DNA of 64,000 bases from an uncultured delta proteobacterium (GTDB taxonomy: Bacteria > Desulfobacterota > Binatia > Binatales > Binataceae), in assembly GCA_963808235.1 (NCBI GenBank), contig CAWEEQ010000004.1:2296243-2360242 (forward strand), given 5' to 3'. Position numbers and translations under genes: made by a program. The notes under the pieces were generated by a model. That model was not told the origin of the DNA and made no database searches. It saw only the letters and a program-made list of their open reading frames with translations. Of this stretch, positions 9,559-18,539 are shown piece by piece (position 1 is the first letter of the stretch; each line of letters starts with the position of its first letter).

Positions 9559-10041
9559 CTACTGCTTGTCGAAGACCAGCGCGGTCTTCGCGGTTTTGCC
9601 GTCTGGGTCTTTTCCCTTGGCCATGATCTTCAGGACCTTCCCATCCTTGGAGACCACGAGCCACGCCGTACGAACCACCGTTCCGCCCTTCTTGAGAGTC
9701 GCTTCCGTCTTGTTCGCGCTGATGCGCTTAAGTGCGATGGTATCGGCGCCGCCTGGCACTCCTGTGCCGGTAGTCGGACTATCCTTGTCGTCGTAGTTCG
9801 CCGTGTAGCTCCATGAAGTGCTGGTCCCATCCGCGCCAGTCGCCTGCGAGGTGGACTTAATACCATCGCCCGCAACTTCCATCGTAAGCGTAAGACTCTT
9901 CGGCACGGGCCTCGGACTGTCCTTCGACTTTTCGGCGTTCATGTTCCACGTGCCGATTATCGGATTGGTCTGGGCAAGCACGACTCCCTGCACCAGCACG
10001 GCCATCGCCACGACACTGACAAATCCTAAAACCCGCTTCAT
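9559..10041 (-). CDS. Hypothetical secreted protein (beta-rich, lipocalin-like?)
   Basis: Signal peptide MKRVLGFVSVVAMAVLVQGVVLAQ followed by a Lys/Thr-rich beta-strand pattern. Confidence 0.4.
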   Translation of the reverse strand: MKRVLGFVSVVAMAVLVQGVVLAQTNPIIGTWNMNAEKSKDSPRPVPKSLTLTMEVAGDGIKSTSQATGADGTSTSWSYTANYDDKDSPTTGTGVPGGADTIALKRISANKTEATLKKGGTVVRTAWLVVSKDGKVLKIMAKGKDPDGKTAKTALVFDKQ

Positions 10042-10211
10042 CGGAACTCTCCTCCTGAGTTTTCTCCAACTGAAATTTGACACTTCCCCAAGCCGCAAAC
10101 GAAAAAGAACATAATTAAGTTCCGCGATCGCGGCAAGCGCGCCGACGCCTCTCGGAGTGATGCGTTGACATGCACCGATGGGTCCGATAATTTGACTCGT
10201 TCGGGCACATC

Positions 10212-10526
10212 ATGTTTGCAATCGTAAGGACAGGCGGAAAACAGTACCGCGTCGGCGTCGGCGACCAGATTACGGTCGAGCGGCTGGTCGGCGAGGTTGG
10301 CGCGGCGATATCGCTCGACGAGGTGTTGGCCGTCGGCGGCGAAGCGCCCCAGGTCGGCACTCCGGTAATCGCGGGCGCATCGGTAACGGCGAAAATTCTC
10401 CAGCAGCCGCGCGGCACGAAAGTGATCGTGTTCAAGAAGAAGCGGCGCAAGAACTACCGCCGCAAACGCGGGCATCGGCAGGAACTTACAGTGCTGAAGA
10501 TCGAGGAAATCTCCGCCGGCGCATAG
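10212..10526 (+). CDS. rplU: 50S ribosomal protein L21
   Basis: [20 protein letters not shown] is the canonical L21 N-terminus. Confidence 0.95.
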   Translation: MFAIVRTGGKQYRVGVGDQITVERLVGEVGAAISLDEVLAVGGEAPQVGTPVIAGASVTAKILQQPRGTKVIVFKKKRRKNYRRKRGHRQELTVLKIEEISAGA

Positions 10527-10554
10527 CCCGGCGTTCATTTTAGGGAGACTCTCC

Positions 10555-10839
10555 GTGGCGCATAAGAAAGGACAAGGTTCGACGCGCAACGGCCGCGACA
10601 GTCCGGGCCAGCGCCGCGGAATCAAGATTTACGCGGGCCAGACCGTCAAGGCCGGCAACATCATTATCCGCCAGCTCGGCACCCGGGTTCATCCGGGGCG
10701 CAACGTCGGGCTCGGGCGCGACTACACGATTTACGCGCTCATCGACGGTGTGGTTAAGTACGAACCGAAAGGCGAGAAGCGGCAGGTCAGTGTCGAGCCG
10801 CTTCCCGCAACCAGCGACACCGCAGGGGCGTCCGCATAG
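10555..10839 (+). CDS. rpmA: 50S ribosomal protein L27
   Basis: [16 protein letters not shown]...IIIRQLGT is the canonical L27 sequence. Confidence 0.95.
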   Translation: MAHKKGQGSTRNGRDSPGQRRGIKIYAGQTVKAGNIIIRQLGTRVHPGRNVGLGRDYTIYALIDGVVKYEPKGEKRQVSVEPLPATSDTAGASA

Positions 10840-10865
10840 GGACCATCATCCCGCAAGATCGAATT

Positions 10866-10901
10866 GAAGCCCTGCGGTACGCCGTGGGGCTTTTTATTTT
10901 T
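10866..10901 (+). terminator. Putative intrinsic terminator after rplU-rpmA
   Basis: GC-rich hairpin AGCCC...GGGCT followed by a TTTTTATTTTT tract. Confidence 0.4.
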
Positions 10902-10927
10902 GCCGAACCTGCTCAGGAGGAAATGCG

Positions 10928-11956
10928 ATGCGACTAGGCTTAATCACCGGTTATTCGGACGCGCGGATGGGCTTGCCGATGGACACGATTCTCGAAGCCG
11001 AAAAAGCCGGCTTCGACTCGGTCTGGACCGCCGAGGCTTACGGCTCCGACGCGATCACACCGCTCGCGTGGATCGGCGCGCTTACCAAAAAGATTCGCCT
11101 CGGCACCGGTATCATGCAGATGCCCGCGCGCACCCCGGCAGCCACTGCGATGACCGCGATGACGCTCGACGCGCTTTCCGGCGGACGCTTCATCCTCGGG
11201 ATCGGACCGTCGGGGCCGCAGGTCGTAGAAGGATGGCACGGCGTGTCGTACGGCAAACCGCTCCAGCGCACTCGCGAATATATTGAAATCGTGCGAACGA
11301 TCCTTGCGCGCGAAGTTCCGCTCGAGCATCACGGCAAGGAATTCGACATCCCGTACACCGGGCCGGGCGCCTCGGGCCTGGGCAAGCCGCTCAAGAGCAT
11401 CCTGCACGGGCGCAAGGACATGCCGATCTACACCGCATCGATCAGTCCCAAGGGAATCGCGTTGGCGGCGGAAATCGCCGACGGCGTGATCCCAGTTTGG
11501 ATGAATCCCGACCGGTGGGACATCTACGACGCGCCGGTTAAAGAAGGCTTCGCGAAAAGCGGCGGCCGCAAGAACATGGAGAATTTCGAAGTCGCGCCGT
11601 TCGTCACCTGCGTGATGGGCCCGGACCTCGAGAAATGCCGGATGCCGGTGAAGGGAATGATGGCGCTTTATATCGGCGGGATGGGCGCGCGCAACAAAAA
11701 TTTCTACAACGACTACGCCAAGCGTCTCGGCTACGAAAAAGAAGCGGTCCAGATCCAGGACCTGTTTCTTGCCGGCAAAAGGGCCGAGGCGATGGCGCTG
11801 GTGCCGGACAAGCTGGTCGACGAAGTCGCGCTGGTCGGGAACCGCGAGCGCATCGCGGATCGTCTGAAGGCGTGGAAAGACTCGCCGGTCAAAACGATGT
11901 TGATCGGCACCGGCGACGTCAACACAGTCCGCGCCCTGGCGGAGATTTGTCTGTAG
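10928..11956 (+). CDS. LLM-class (luciferase-like) flavin/F420-dependent oxidoreductase
   Basis: RBS GGAGG upstream. Motifs FDSVWTAEAYGSDA...GTGIMQMPARTP...GRFILGIGPSGPQVVEGWHGV are typical of F420-dependent LLM oxidoreductases. Confidence 0.8.
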   Translation: MRLGLITGYSDARMGLPMDTILEAEKAGFDSVWTAEAYGSDAITPLAWIGALTKKIRLGTGIMQMPARTPAATAMTAMTLDALSGGRFILGIGPSGPQVVEGWHGVSYGKPLQRTREYIEIVRTILAREVPLEHHGKEFDIPYTGPGASGLGKPLKSILHGRKDMPIYTASISPKGIALAAEIADGVIPVWMNPDRWDIYDAPVKEGFAKSGGRKNMENFEVAPFVTCVMGPDLEKCRMPVKGMMALYIGGMGARNKNFYNDYAKRLGYEKEAVQIQDLFLAGKRAEAMALVPDKLVDEVALVGNRERIADRLKAWKDSPVKTMLIGTGDVNTVRALAEICL

Positions 11957-12026
11957 GCGTCTGCTGGCACTGACGCGCCGGCATCGCGGTTGGCTTCGCA
12001 GGTTGACGCCTGTCGCGCGACAGGCG

Positions 12027-12326
12027 ATGATTGTGCTGAATGGGTTAATCCGTTCGATTCGGCACAGAGGGTTGAGGCGGCTGTACGAGAGCGGAGACGG
12101 TCGGGATCTGCCGGCGGCCCAGGTGGAGAAAATCTCGGACATTTTGCTGGCGATCGACGAAGCGGCGCACGCGAAAGAAGTCGGATTGTTCCCAGGCTGG
12201 CGGCTGCATCCGTTGAAAGGGAACCTGAAGGGTTTTTGGAGCGTCACTGTGAGCGGAAACTGGCGAGTAATCTTCCGGTTTGAGGAGGGTGACGCCTTCG
12301 ACCTTGATTTTGTTGACTATCATTGA
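12027..12326 (+). CDS. higB: HigB-family (RelE/ParE superfamily) toxin
   Basis: IRSIRHRGLRRLYESG...LPGWRLHPLKGNLKGFWSVTVSGNWRVIFRFEEGDAFDLDFVDYH matches HigB killer proteins. Confidence 0.75.
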   Translation: MIVLNGLIRSIRHRGLRRLYESGDGRDLPAAQVEKISDILLAIDEAAHAKEVGLFPGWRLHPLKGNLKGFWSVTVSGNWRVIFRFEEGDAFDLDFVDYH

Positions 12327-12343
12327 AGGAGTCATTGGAAATT

Positions 12344-12727
12344 ATGGCGATGAAGAGTCCACCGCACGTCGGCGGTTTAATCCGACGTCAGGTGATCGAT
12401 CCTCTCGGATTGTCAGTAACCGAAGCCGCGAAGGTCCTCGGGGTCGGGCGGCAGGCGCTTTCGAGCCTGCTGAACGGGAAGACGGCTCTTACCACCAAGA
12501 TGGGCTTGCGGGTCGAGAAAGCGTTTGGGCCGAAGATGGAGCACTTGATGCGAATGCAGCTTGCTTTCGATTTGGCTCAGGCACGTAAAGGGGAGCGCGG
12601 AGTGCGCGTAGAGCGCTACGTTGCGAAAAGAGACGCGAATCATCCGGGACGGCGCCGCAAAAAAGGTGCGCGGCGAATGGAGAGGCCGACCCGGAGTGAC
12701 CGGGCGGCGCGACGGCTGATACTATGA
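12344..12727 (+). CDS. higA: HigA-family HTH (XRE) antitoxin with basic C-terminal tail
   Basis: RBS AAGGAG lies 10 nt before the ATG. HPGEIL-like N-terminus (HVGGLIRRQVIDPLGLSVTEAAKVLGVGRQALSSLLNGK) and an Arg/Lys-rich tail that overlaps the obg start. Confidence 0.7.
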   Translation: MAMKSPPHVGGLIRRQVIDPLGLSVTEAAKVLGVGRQALSSLLNGKTALTTKMGLRVEKAFGPKMEHLMRMQLAFDLAQARKGERGVRVERYVAKRDANHPGRRRKKGARRMERPTRSDRAARRLIL

Positions 12728-12740
12728 CGGTTGCGCCGCC

Positions 12741-13754
12741 ATGCGATTTATTGATGAAGCCAGGGTGTTTGTGCACGCCGGAAAGGGCGGCGACGGTGCG
12801 ATTGCGTTTCTGCGCGAAAAATTTAGGCCCTTCGGCGGGCCTGCCGGCGGCAACGGCGGGCGCGGCGGCAGCGTTGTCTTCCAGGTAGACGAAGGGCTTT
12901 CGACGCTGCTCGATTTCAAGTACCAGCCGCGGTTAATCGCGAAGGACGGCGAGTCGGGTCGCGGCAAGGAACAGTACGGACACGGCGCCGACGACATCTT
13001 GGTGCGGGTGCCTCCCGGCACGATCGTCTTCGATGAGGAAACCGGCGACACGCTGGCCGACCTCGTGATGCCGGGCGACAAAGCGATCATCGCGCAGGGT
13101 GGCGAGGGCGGCCGCGGCAACATGCATTTCGCCTCGTCGACGCGGCGCTCACCGAAAATTGCGACGCCGGGCACAGCCGGCGAACAGCGATGGATCCGGA
13201 TGGAACTCCGGCTGGTCGCTGAGGCCGGCCTCGTGGGACTTCCGAACGCGGGCAAATCGACGCTGCTCACCGCGCTCAGCGCGGCGCGGCCGAAGATTGC
13301 GTCGTACCCGTTCACGACGCTCGCGCCGAATATCGGCCGGGTGTCGATCTCCGACGCTGAAAGCTTCACCCTCGCCGATATTCCGGGGCTGATCGAAGGG
13401 GCGCATCGCGGGCTCGGACTCGGGATCCGTTTTCTGCGTCATCTCGCGCGCACGCGGCTTATCGTTTACGTGCTCGACGTGGCCGAGAATCCCGACGCGG
13501 CGTTCGACACGGTGCGCGGTGAAATCGCGGCGTTCGATCCGGCGCTCGCGGATCGGCCGGCGCTGATTGCGCTCAACAAGATCGATCTCGTGAGCTCTGA
13601 CGAGGCGGACAAAACTGCGCGCAAACTCCGCAAACGTACCCGGCTCGAAGTGTTCCCGATTTCCGCCGACCGCGCAGAAGGTCTGGCGCCGCTGGTCGAC
13701 GCGATCGCGCGGACGCTGCATCAGATGGATCAACCGGCGGCATGTCCCAGCTGA
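12741..13754 (+). CDS. obgE: GTPase ObgE/CgtA
   Basis: MRFIDEARVFVHAGKGGDGAIAFLREKFRPFGGPAGGNGGRGG plus G-domain motifs GLPNAGKST and DIPGLIEGA. Confidence 0.95.
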   Translation: MRFIDEARVFVHAGKGGDGAIAFLREKFRPFGGPAGGNGGRGGSVVFQVDEGLSTLLDFKYQPRLIAKDGESGRGKEQYGHGADDILVRVPPGTIVFDEETGDTLADLVMPGDKAIIAQGGEGGRGNMHFASSTRRSPKIATPGTAGEQRWIRMELRLVAEAGLVGLPNAGKSTLLTALSAARPKIASYPFTTLAPNIGRVSISDAESFTLADIPGLIEGAHRGLGLGIRFLRHLARTRLIVYVLDVAENPDAAFDTVRGEIAAFDPALADRPALIALNKIDLVSSDEADKTARKLRKRTRLEVFPISADRAEGLAPLVDAIARTLHQMDQPAACPS

Positions 13755-14887
13755 ACTACAAGGAATCGACGGTGGCTCGCGCGCGGCGGGTCGTGATCAA
13801 GGTCGGCAGCGCGGTGCTTTCCGAGGCCGCGGGACTGCGCTTCGACGTGATCGAGCGCCTGGCAAACCAGGTCGAAGCCGCAGTGAGCGCCGGCATGGAA
13901 ATCGTGATCGTCACCTCGGGTGCGGTCGCGGCCGGGCGCGCGCGGATGGCGAAACTCCATGGCGCGACGATCGCGGCGCGGCAGGCCGCGGCGGCGACCG
14001 GGCAAATCGAGCTGATGTCGGCGTGGGCGCGCGCATTCGGCGCGCACGATCGCGCGGTTGCACAGATTTTGCTCACCCATCAAGACTTAGCGGAACGGCG
14101 CCGGCGCGCGAACGCAACCTCGACTATCTCGGAGCTGCTCGGCGCGGGCGTGATCCCGATCGTCAATGAGAACGACACGGTTGCGGTTGAGGAAATCCGG
14201 CTCGGCGACAACGACGTGCTGTCGTCGCTGGTCGCGAGCCTGGTGCAGGCGCAGCTACTGATCCTGCTGAGCGACGTGGCCGGCGTTCTGACCGGCGACC
14301 CGCGCGAGCGCTCGGATGCGAGGCTGATTGCGGTGATTACCGATCCGGAAGCGGAGATGCGCGGCCTCGTTGCCGAGAGCGCGGGACCGCTCGGGGTCGG
14401 CGGGATGGCGACCAAGCTGAAGGCGGCGCGGCAGGCGGCGCGCGCGGGAATCGCGGTGATAATCTCGGATGGGCGCGAAGACGATGTTATCGCGATCGCG
14501 CTCGATCCGGCGCGCGAGACCGGCACGTTGATCGTGCCGGCGGGCGTGCGGCTGAAGAGCCGAAAGCATTGGATAGCGTTCGCGCTGCGCCCGGCGGGTT
14601 CGCTAGGCGTCGATCGCGGCGCGACGGAAGCGCTCTGCAATAAGGGCCGTTCGCTGCTACCCTCGGGCGTCCGCGAGGTGCGCGGTGATTTCGGCGGCGG
14701 CGACTGCGTGAGCCTGCTCGATCCCGACGGCGTCGAGTTCGGCCGCGGACTGGTAAACTATCCTGCGGCGGACGTGCTGAAGGTGGCGGGCCGGCGCTCG
14801 ACGGAGATTCCGAACCTGCTCGGCTACAAGGTCGCCGACGAGATTATCCATCGCGACAACTTCGTGCTGATGAAGGAACTCGGCTGA
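13742..14887 (+). CDS. proB: Glutamate 5-kinase
   Basis: VVIKVGSAVL kinase N-terminus and a C-terminal PUA domain. Overlaps the obg stop. Confidence 0.95.
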   Translation: MSQLNYKESTVARARRVVIKVGSAVLSEAAGLRFDVIERLANQVEAAVSAGMEIVIVTSGAVAAGRARMAKLHGATIAARQAAAATGQIELMSAWARAFGAHDRAVAQILLTHQDLAERRRRANATSTISELLGAGVIPIVNENDTVAVEEIRLGDNDVLSSLVASLVQAQLLILLSDVAGVLTGDPRERSDARLIAVITDPEAEMRGLVAESAGPLGVGGMATKLKAARQAARAGIAVIISDGREDDVIAIALDPARETGTLIVPAGVRLKSRKHWIAFALRPAGSLGVDRGATEALCNKGRSLLPSGVREVRGDFGGGDCVSLLDPDGVEFGRGLVNYPAADVLKVAGRRSTEIPNLLGYKVADEIIHRDNFVLMKELG

Positions 14888-14896
14888 AGGAAGCAG

Positions 14897-16150
14897 ATGA
14901 CGCTCGAATCGGAAGTAATTGGCGCACTGACTCGCGCACGCGCGGCAGCGCCGCGGATGGCGCTGGCGACGACCGTCGAGAAAAACTCGGCGCTAAAAAA
15001 ACTCGCGGATGCGATTCGCGCGTCCGCGGCCGACGTGATCGCCGCAAATCAAAAAGATCTGAAGCGCGCCGCCGAGGACGGACGCACCGGCGCATTCGTC
15101 GAGCGCCTGACGCTCAGTCCCGCGCGGATCGAGGCGATGGCGCACAGCGTCGAGGAAGTCGCAGCGCTGCCCGACCCGGTTGGAGGCGTGATCGAGCGAT
15201 CGACGCGTCCCAATGGTCTCGAAATCTCCAAGGTGCGGGTGCCGCTCGGCGTGATCGCGATGATCTACGAATCGCGTCCGAACGTCACCATCGACGCAGG
15301 CGCGCTCTGCTTCAAGGCAGGTAACACGGCCGTGTTGCGCGGCGGCAAGGAAGCTCTCGAGACCAACGCTTATCTCGCGAATTTGATTGGCGCGGCGCTG
15401 AAGGAAAGCGGCCTCAATCCCGACGCAGTGACGTTCATTCGCAATGTGGATCGCGAAGTAATCCAGATAATGAAGCGCCAAGGCGAATTGATCGACTTGA
15501 TAATTCCGCGCGGCGGCCAGGCGTTGAAGGACGCGCTGAAGGGCTCGTCGGTCCCGATCCTGCCGCATTTCGACGGACTCTGTCACACCTACGTCGATCG
15601 CGCGGCGGATCTGAAGATGGCGCTGGAAATTTGCGTTAATGCGAAATGTTCGCGGCCGTCGGTCTGCAATTCGATGGAAAACTTGGCTGTGCATCGCGAG
15701 GTCGCGGAGAAGTTCCTGCCCGAGCTTGGCAAGCGGATGAAAGCGGCAGGCGTCGAGCTGCGCGGCGACGATCGCACGCGGAAAATCATTCCCGACGCAC
15801 GCCCCGCGACCGACGAGGATTGGGACACCGAGTACCTGGACATGATTCTCGCTGTGAAGGTTGTCGATTCGCTCGACGACGCGATCGCGTTTATCGAGCG
15901 CCACAGCTCGCATCTTGCCGACGCGATCGTCACCAGTGATCCGGAAGCTGCGCACCGCTTTGAACGCGAGGTCGATTCGGCTACCGTTTATGTGAACGCA
16001 TCGACGCGGTTCACCGACGGCTTTGAGTTCGGCTTCGGCGCCGAAACCGGAATCTCCACCAACCGCCTGCATGCGCGAGGCCCGATGGGGTTGAACGAGT
16101 TGACTACCTACAAGTACGTCATTTCCGGGAACGGACAGATCCGCGCCTGA
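14897..16150 (+). CDS. proA: Gamma-glutamyl phosphate reductase
   Basis: 417 aa with ALDH-fold motifs. Canonical position after proB. Confidence 0.95.
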   Translation: MTLESEVIGALTRARAAAPRMALATTVEKNSALKKLADAIRASAADVIAANQKDLKRAAEDGRTGAFVERLTLSPARIEAMAHSVEEVAALPDPVGGVIERSTRPNGLEISKVRVPLGVIAMIYESRPNVTIDAGALCFKAGNTAVLRGGKEALETNAYLANLIGAALKESGLNPDAVTFIRNVDREVIQIMKRQGELIDLIIPRGGQALKDALKGSSVPILPHFDGLCHTYVDRAADLKMALEICVNAKCSRPSVCNSMENLAVHREVAEKFLPELGKRMKAAGVELRGDDRTRKIIPDARPATDEDWDTEYLDMILAVKVVDSLDDAIAFIERHSSHLADAIVTSDPEAAHRFEREVDSATVYVNASTRFTDGFEFGFGAETGISTNRLHARGPMGLNELTTYKYVISGNGQIRA

Positions 16151-16192
16151 CAGGCGCGCGGGCACAAGTTAAAAGTTAAAAAGTCAAATCGT

Positions 16193-16831
16193 ATGCGGGT
16201 AGGATTGTTCGGCGGCAGTTTCAATCCGATCCACTTCGGTCATCTTCGCGCGGCCGAGGAAGATCGAGAGGCGCTCGGCCTCGACCTCGTTTATTTCATT
16301 CCGGCCGCATCGCCGCCGCACAAAGCAGCCGGCGATCTCGCCCCGGCGGAGCATCGGCTCGCGATGGTGCGTCTGGCGACCAAGGGCAACCGCCACTTCA
16401 TGGCGTCAGACGTCGAGATTCGGCGCTCGGGAAGCTCGTACACTATCGAGACGATTCGATACTTCCTGGCGACGCTGCGGCAACCCGCGTCGCTGTACCT
16501 GTTGATGGGTGCGGATCAGTTTGCGGAGCTCGCCACTTGGAAAGATCCCGAAGAGCTGGTGCGCCTCGCGAATATCGCGGTTCACACACGATTCATACAG
16601 GGAGAATCGGGGCACCCGCGAATTTCGGTTGCCGCGCTGAAACGGTTTGGCTACACTCGGGAAGACGATCATTACGTGCATGCGAGCGGAACCACGCTTT
16701 CATTTGTCGAAACTACTTTCTTTCCAATCTCGGCCACTGAAATACGCGGCAAGCTGCAGCGGAACGAATCGATCAGGTATCTCATGCCGGCCGACGTGTT
16801 CGATTACGTTCAGCGTCACTCTCTCTATTGA
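16193..16831 (+). CDS. nadD: Nicotinate-nucleotide adenylyltransferase
   Basis: MRVGLFGGSFNPIHFGHL (HxGH) and an ISATEIR motif. Confidence 0.9.
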   Translation: MRVGLFGGSFNPIHFGHLRAAEEDREALGLDLVYFIPAASPPHKAAGDLAPAEHRLAMVRLATKGNRHFMASDVEIRRSGSSYTIETIRYFLATLRQPASLYLLMGADQFAELATWKDPEELVRLANIAVHTRFIQGESGHPRISVAALKRFGYTREDDHYVHASGTTLSFVETTFFPISATEIRGKLQRNESIRYLMPADVFDYVQRHSLY

Positions 16832-16925
16832 GGATCACTCTGCTTAGGCTTCTCTCCCTCACCGGATCGAATCGCAACCCCGCGGCAACTGCCGCGCAAT
16901 TCTCTTCGCCCATAGGTACGGCTTA

Positions 16926-17315
16926 TTGAAAGCACTCGCGAAGGCATACGCCGCAGTCGAAGCGGCACTCGAAAAAAAAGCTTACGACCTGGTGGTGCTC
17001 GAGGCCGAGCATCTTAAACCCGTCGCCGACTACTTCCTGGTGGCGACCGGGCGATCCAACGTGCAGGTGCAGGCGATCGCGCGCGGGATCGAGGAGCGGA
17101 TGGGCAAGGCCGGGCAGCGGCCGCTCTCAGTCGAGGGGCTTCATCACGCGCATTGGGTCGTGCTCGACTACGATGACGTCGTGGTGCATCTTTTCTACGA
17201 GCCGGCACGTGAGTTCTATCGGCTCGAGCGGAATTGGATCGACGCGCGTGAAGTGAAATTGCCGGAGCCGTTTCGCTCGCAGGCAGAGGGATTGAGAATC
17301 CGCGCGCTCGGCTAG
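16926..17315 (+). CDS. rsfS: Ribosome silencing factor RsfS (Iojap)
   Basis: DLVVLEAEHLKPVADYFLVATGRSNVQVQAIA...VVLDYDDVVVHLF is the RsfS pattern. Start is a TTG. Confidence 0.9.
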   Translation: MKALAKAYAAVEAALEKKAYDLVVLEAEHLKPVADYFLVATGRSNVQVQAIARGIEERMGKAGQRPLSVEGLHHAHWVVLDYDDVVVHLFYEPAREFYRLERNWIDAREVKLPEPFRSQAEGLRIRALG

Positions 17316-17551
17316 ACGCTGCGGACGGCGTGAGCGATTGCGACCAGGATCACCGCCCCAACCGTAGCAACCACCAAGGCGCCAAGGGCGCCGTTGGGAC
17401 TGTGAATAGCAAGCTTCTCGAAGACCCATCTGCCGATGACGCCGCCGATCAGGCCGAGCACAAGATCGGCAATCAGCCCAAAGCCACGACCGCGCACCAC
17501 CTTGCCGGCGAGCCACCCGGCCAGAATTCCGATTACGATCGCGCCTAGCAT
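17312..17551 (-). CDS. GlsB/YeaQ/YmgE-family (transglycosylase-associated) membrane protein
   Basis: 79-aa Gly-rich double-TM protein MLGAIVIGILAGWLAGKVV...GLIGGVIGRWVF. Confidence 0.75.
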   Translation of the reverse strand: MLGAIVIGILAGWLAGKVVRGRGFGLIADLVLGLIGGVIGRWVFEKLAIHSPNGALGALVVATVGAVILVAIAHAVRSV

Positions 17552-17582
17552 CGGTGGTTCCCCCTGATTCGGCGGCTCGCGG

Positions 17583-17702
17583 CTACTTCTTTTGTTCCAT
17601 CGGGACGCCGCAGCATTTCAACTGACCGGTTCCGGCCTTGGTGACGATGACCTGTGAGGCGCAATTTCCGCAGATATAAACTTTGCCGAGCTGGTTAGCC
17701 AT
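17583..17702 (-). CDS. Desulforedoxin-like (Dx) small metal-binding protein, 39 aa, unannotated mini-ORF
   Basis: Minus-strand ATG at 17700-17702 gives MANQLGKVYICGNCASQVIVTKAGTGQLKCCGVPMEQKK. The CxxC...CC spacing aligns with D. gigas desulforedoxin ([13 protein letters not shown]...[10 protein letters not shown]). Confidence 0.55.
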   Translation of the reverse strand: MANQLGKVYICGNCASQVIVTKAGTGQLKCCGVPMEQKK

Positions 17703-17754
17703 TCTTAAATCCTGTCCTCTGTGTGCATTCTTGCACGAAAGCGTTTGCGAACGA

Positions 17755-18399
17755 TCACGCGCCTCTGAATAGTGGTTTGCGCTTTTCCAGGAAAGCGCGC
17801 ACGCCTTCGGCGCGGTCGGAAGTCGTTTGTAGCAGGGCGTATAGATCCTCCTCAAGTCTGATGCCCTGCTCCAACGTCATGTCGAAACCCTTCAGCACCG
17901 CGTCCTTGACCAGGCGGGTGGCAATTGGCGCGCGGCTCAAGATCGCCTCGGCGACGCGTCCACCCACTTGAGCCAGCTCGCCTCGACCTTTCGCGAGGTA
18001 GGTAACTAGACCGATGCGCATGGCCTCGTCGGCTCCCAGAGCCACTCCCGTGAGCATCATTCGCAGCGCATTGCCGGCGCCGGCAAGCCGCGGCAAGCGC
18101 TGAGTAGCGCCGAAATGCGGCATCGCGCCGCGCTTCAAATGAGTGATCGCGAATCGGGCGCTTGAGATTGCGACGCGAATATCGGCCGCCAGGGCGAGTT
18201 CCAGGCCTTCGTCGAACGCGTCGCCGTTGATGATTGCGACGGTGGGCTTGGAAAGCACGGCGAGCGACTCGACCAAGCGCGCATCCACGCCCGCGTCGAA
18301 GCCGACGCAAAAGGCGGCGCCGGCGCCGGTGATCGCGAGCACTCGCGCTTCGGGGTCGTCTTCGACTTGCTCGATCAGCTCGAGCATCCGCACTGCCAT
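17755..18399 (-). CDS. Enoyl-CoA hydratase/isomerase family protein (possibly N-terminally truncated or non-canonical start)
   Basis: Crotonase core VLAITGAGAAFCVGFD...GAMPHFGATQRLPRL. About 30 crotonase-like codons in frame upstream of the ATG lack any ATG/GTG/TTG. Confidence 0.65.
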   Translation of the reverse strand: MAVRMLELIEQVEDDPEARVLAITGAGAAFCVGFDAGVDARLVESLAVLSKPTVAIINGDAFDEGLELALAADIRVAISSARFAITHLKRGAMPHFGATQRLPRLAGAGNALRMMLTGVALGADEAMRIGLVTYLAKGRGELAQVGGRVAEAILSRAPIATRLVKDAVLKGFDMTLEQGIRLEEDLYALLQTTSDRAEGVRAFLEKRKPLFRGA

Positions 18400-18539
18400 C
18401 GCGGGCGTCAGCTGCGCGCGCGCGCCCGCATGGCGAAGCGTCGCGGTGACGCACCGGCTTGCGAAGACGACTTCAACCGCGCCGCCCGAGGCGGTGGAGC
18501 GAGTGCGGCGACCCGAATCTTTTTTCGCGCGGCGGGGCG

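Noticed and set aside
10940-12247. 435-aa minus-strand ORF overlapping the LLM oxidoreductase and higB
   Set aside because: It is Arg-rich and low-complexity, and it sits opposite a well-supported CDS. It is a high-GC antisense artefact.
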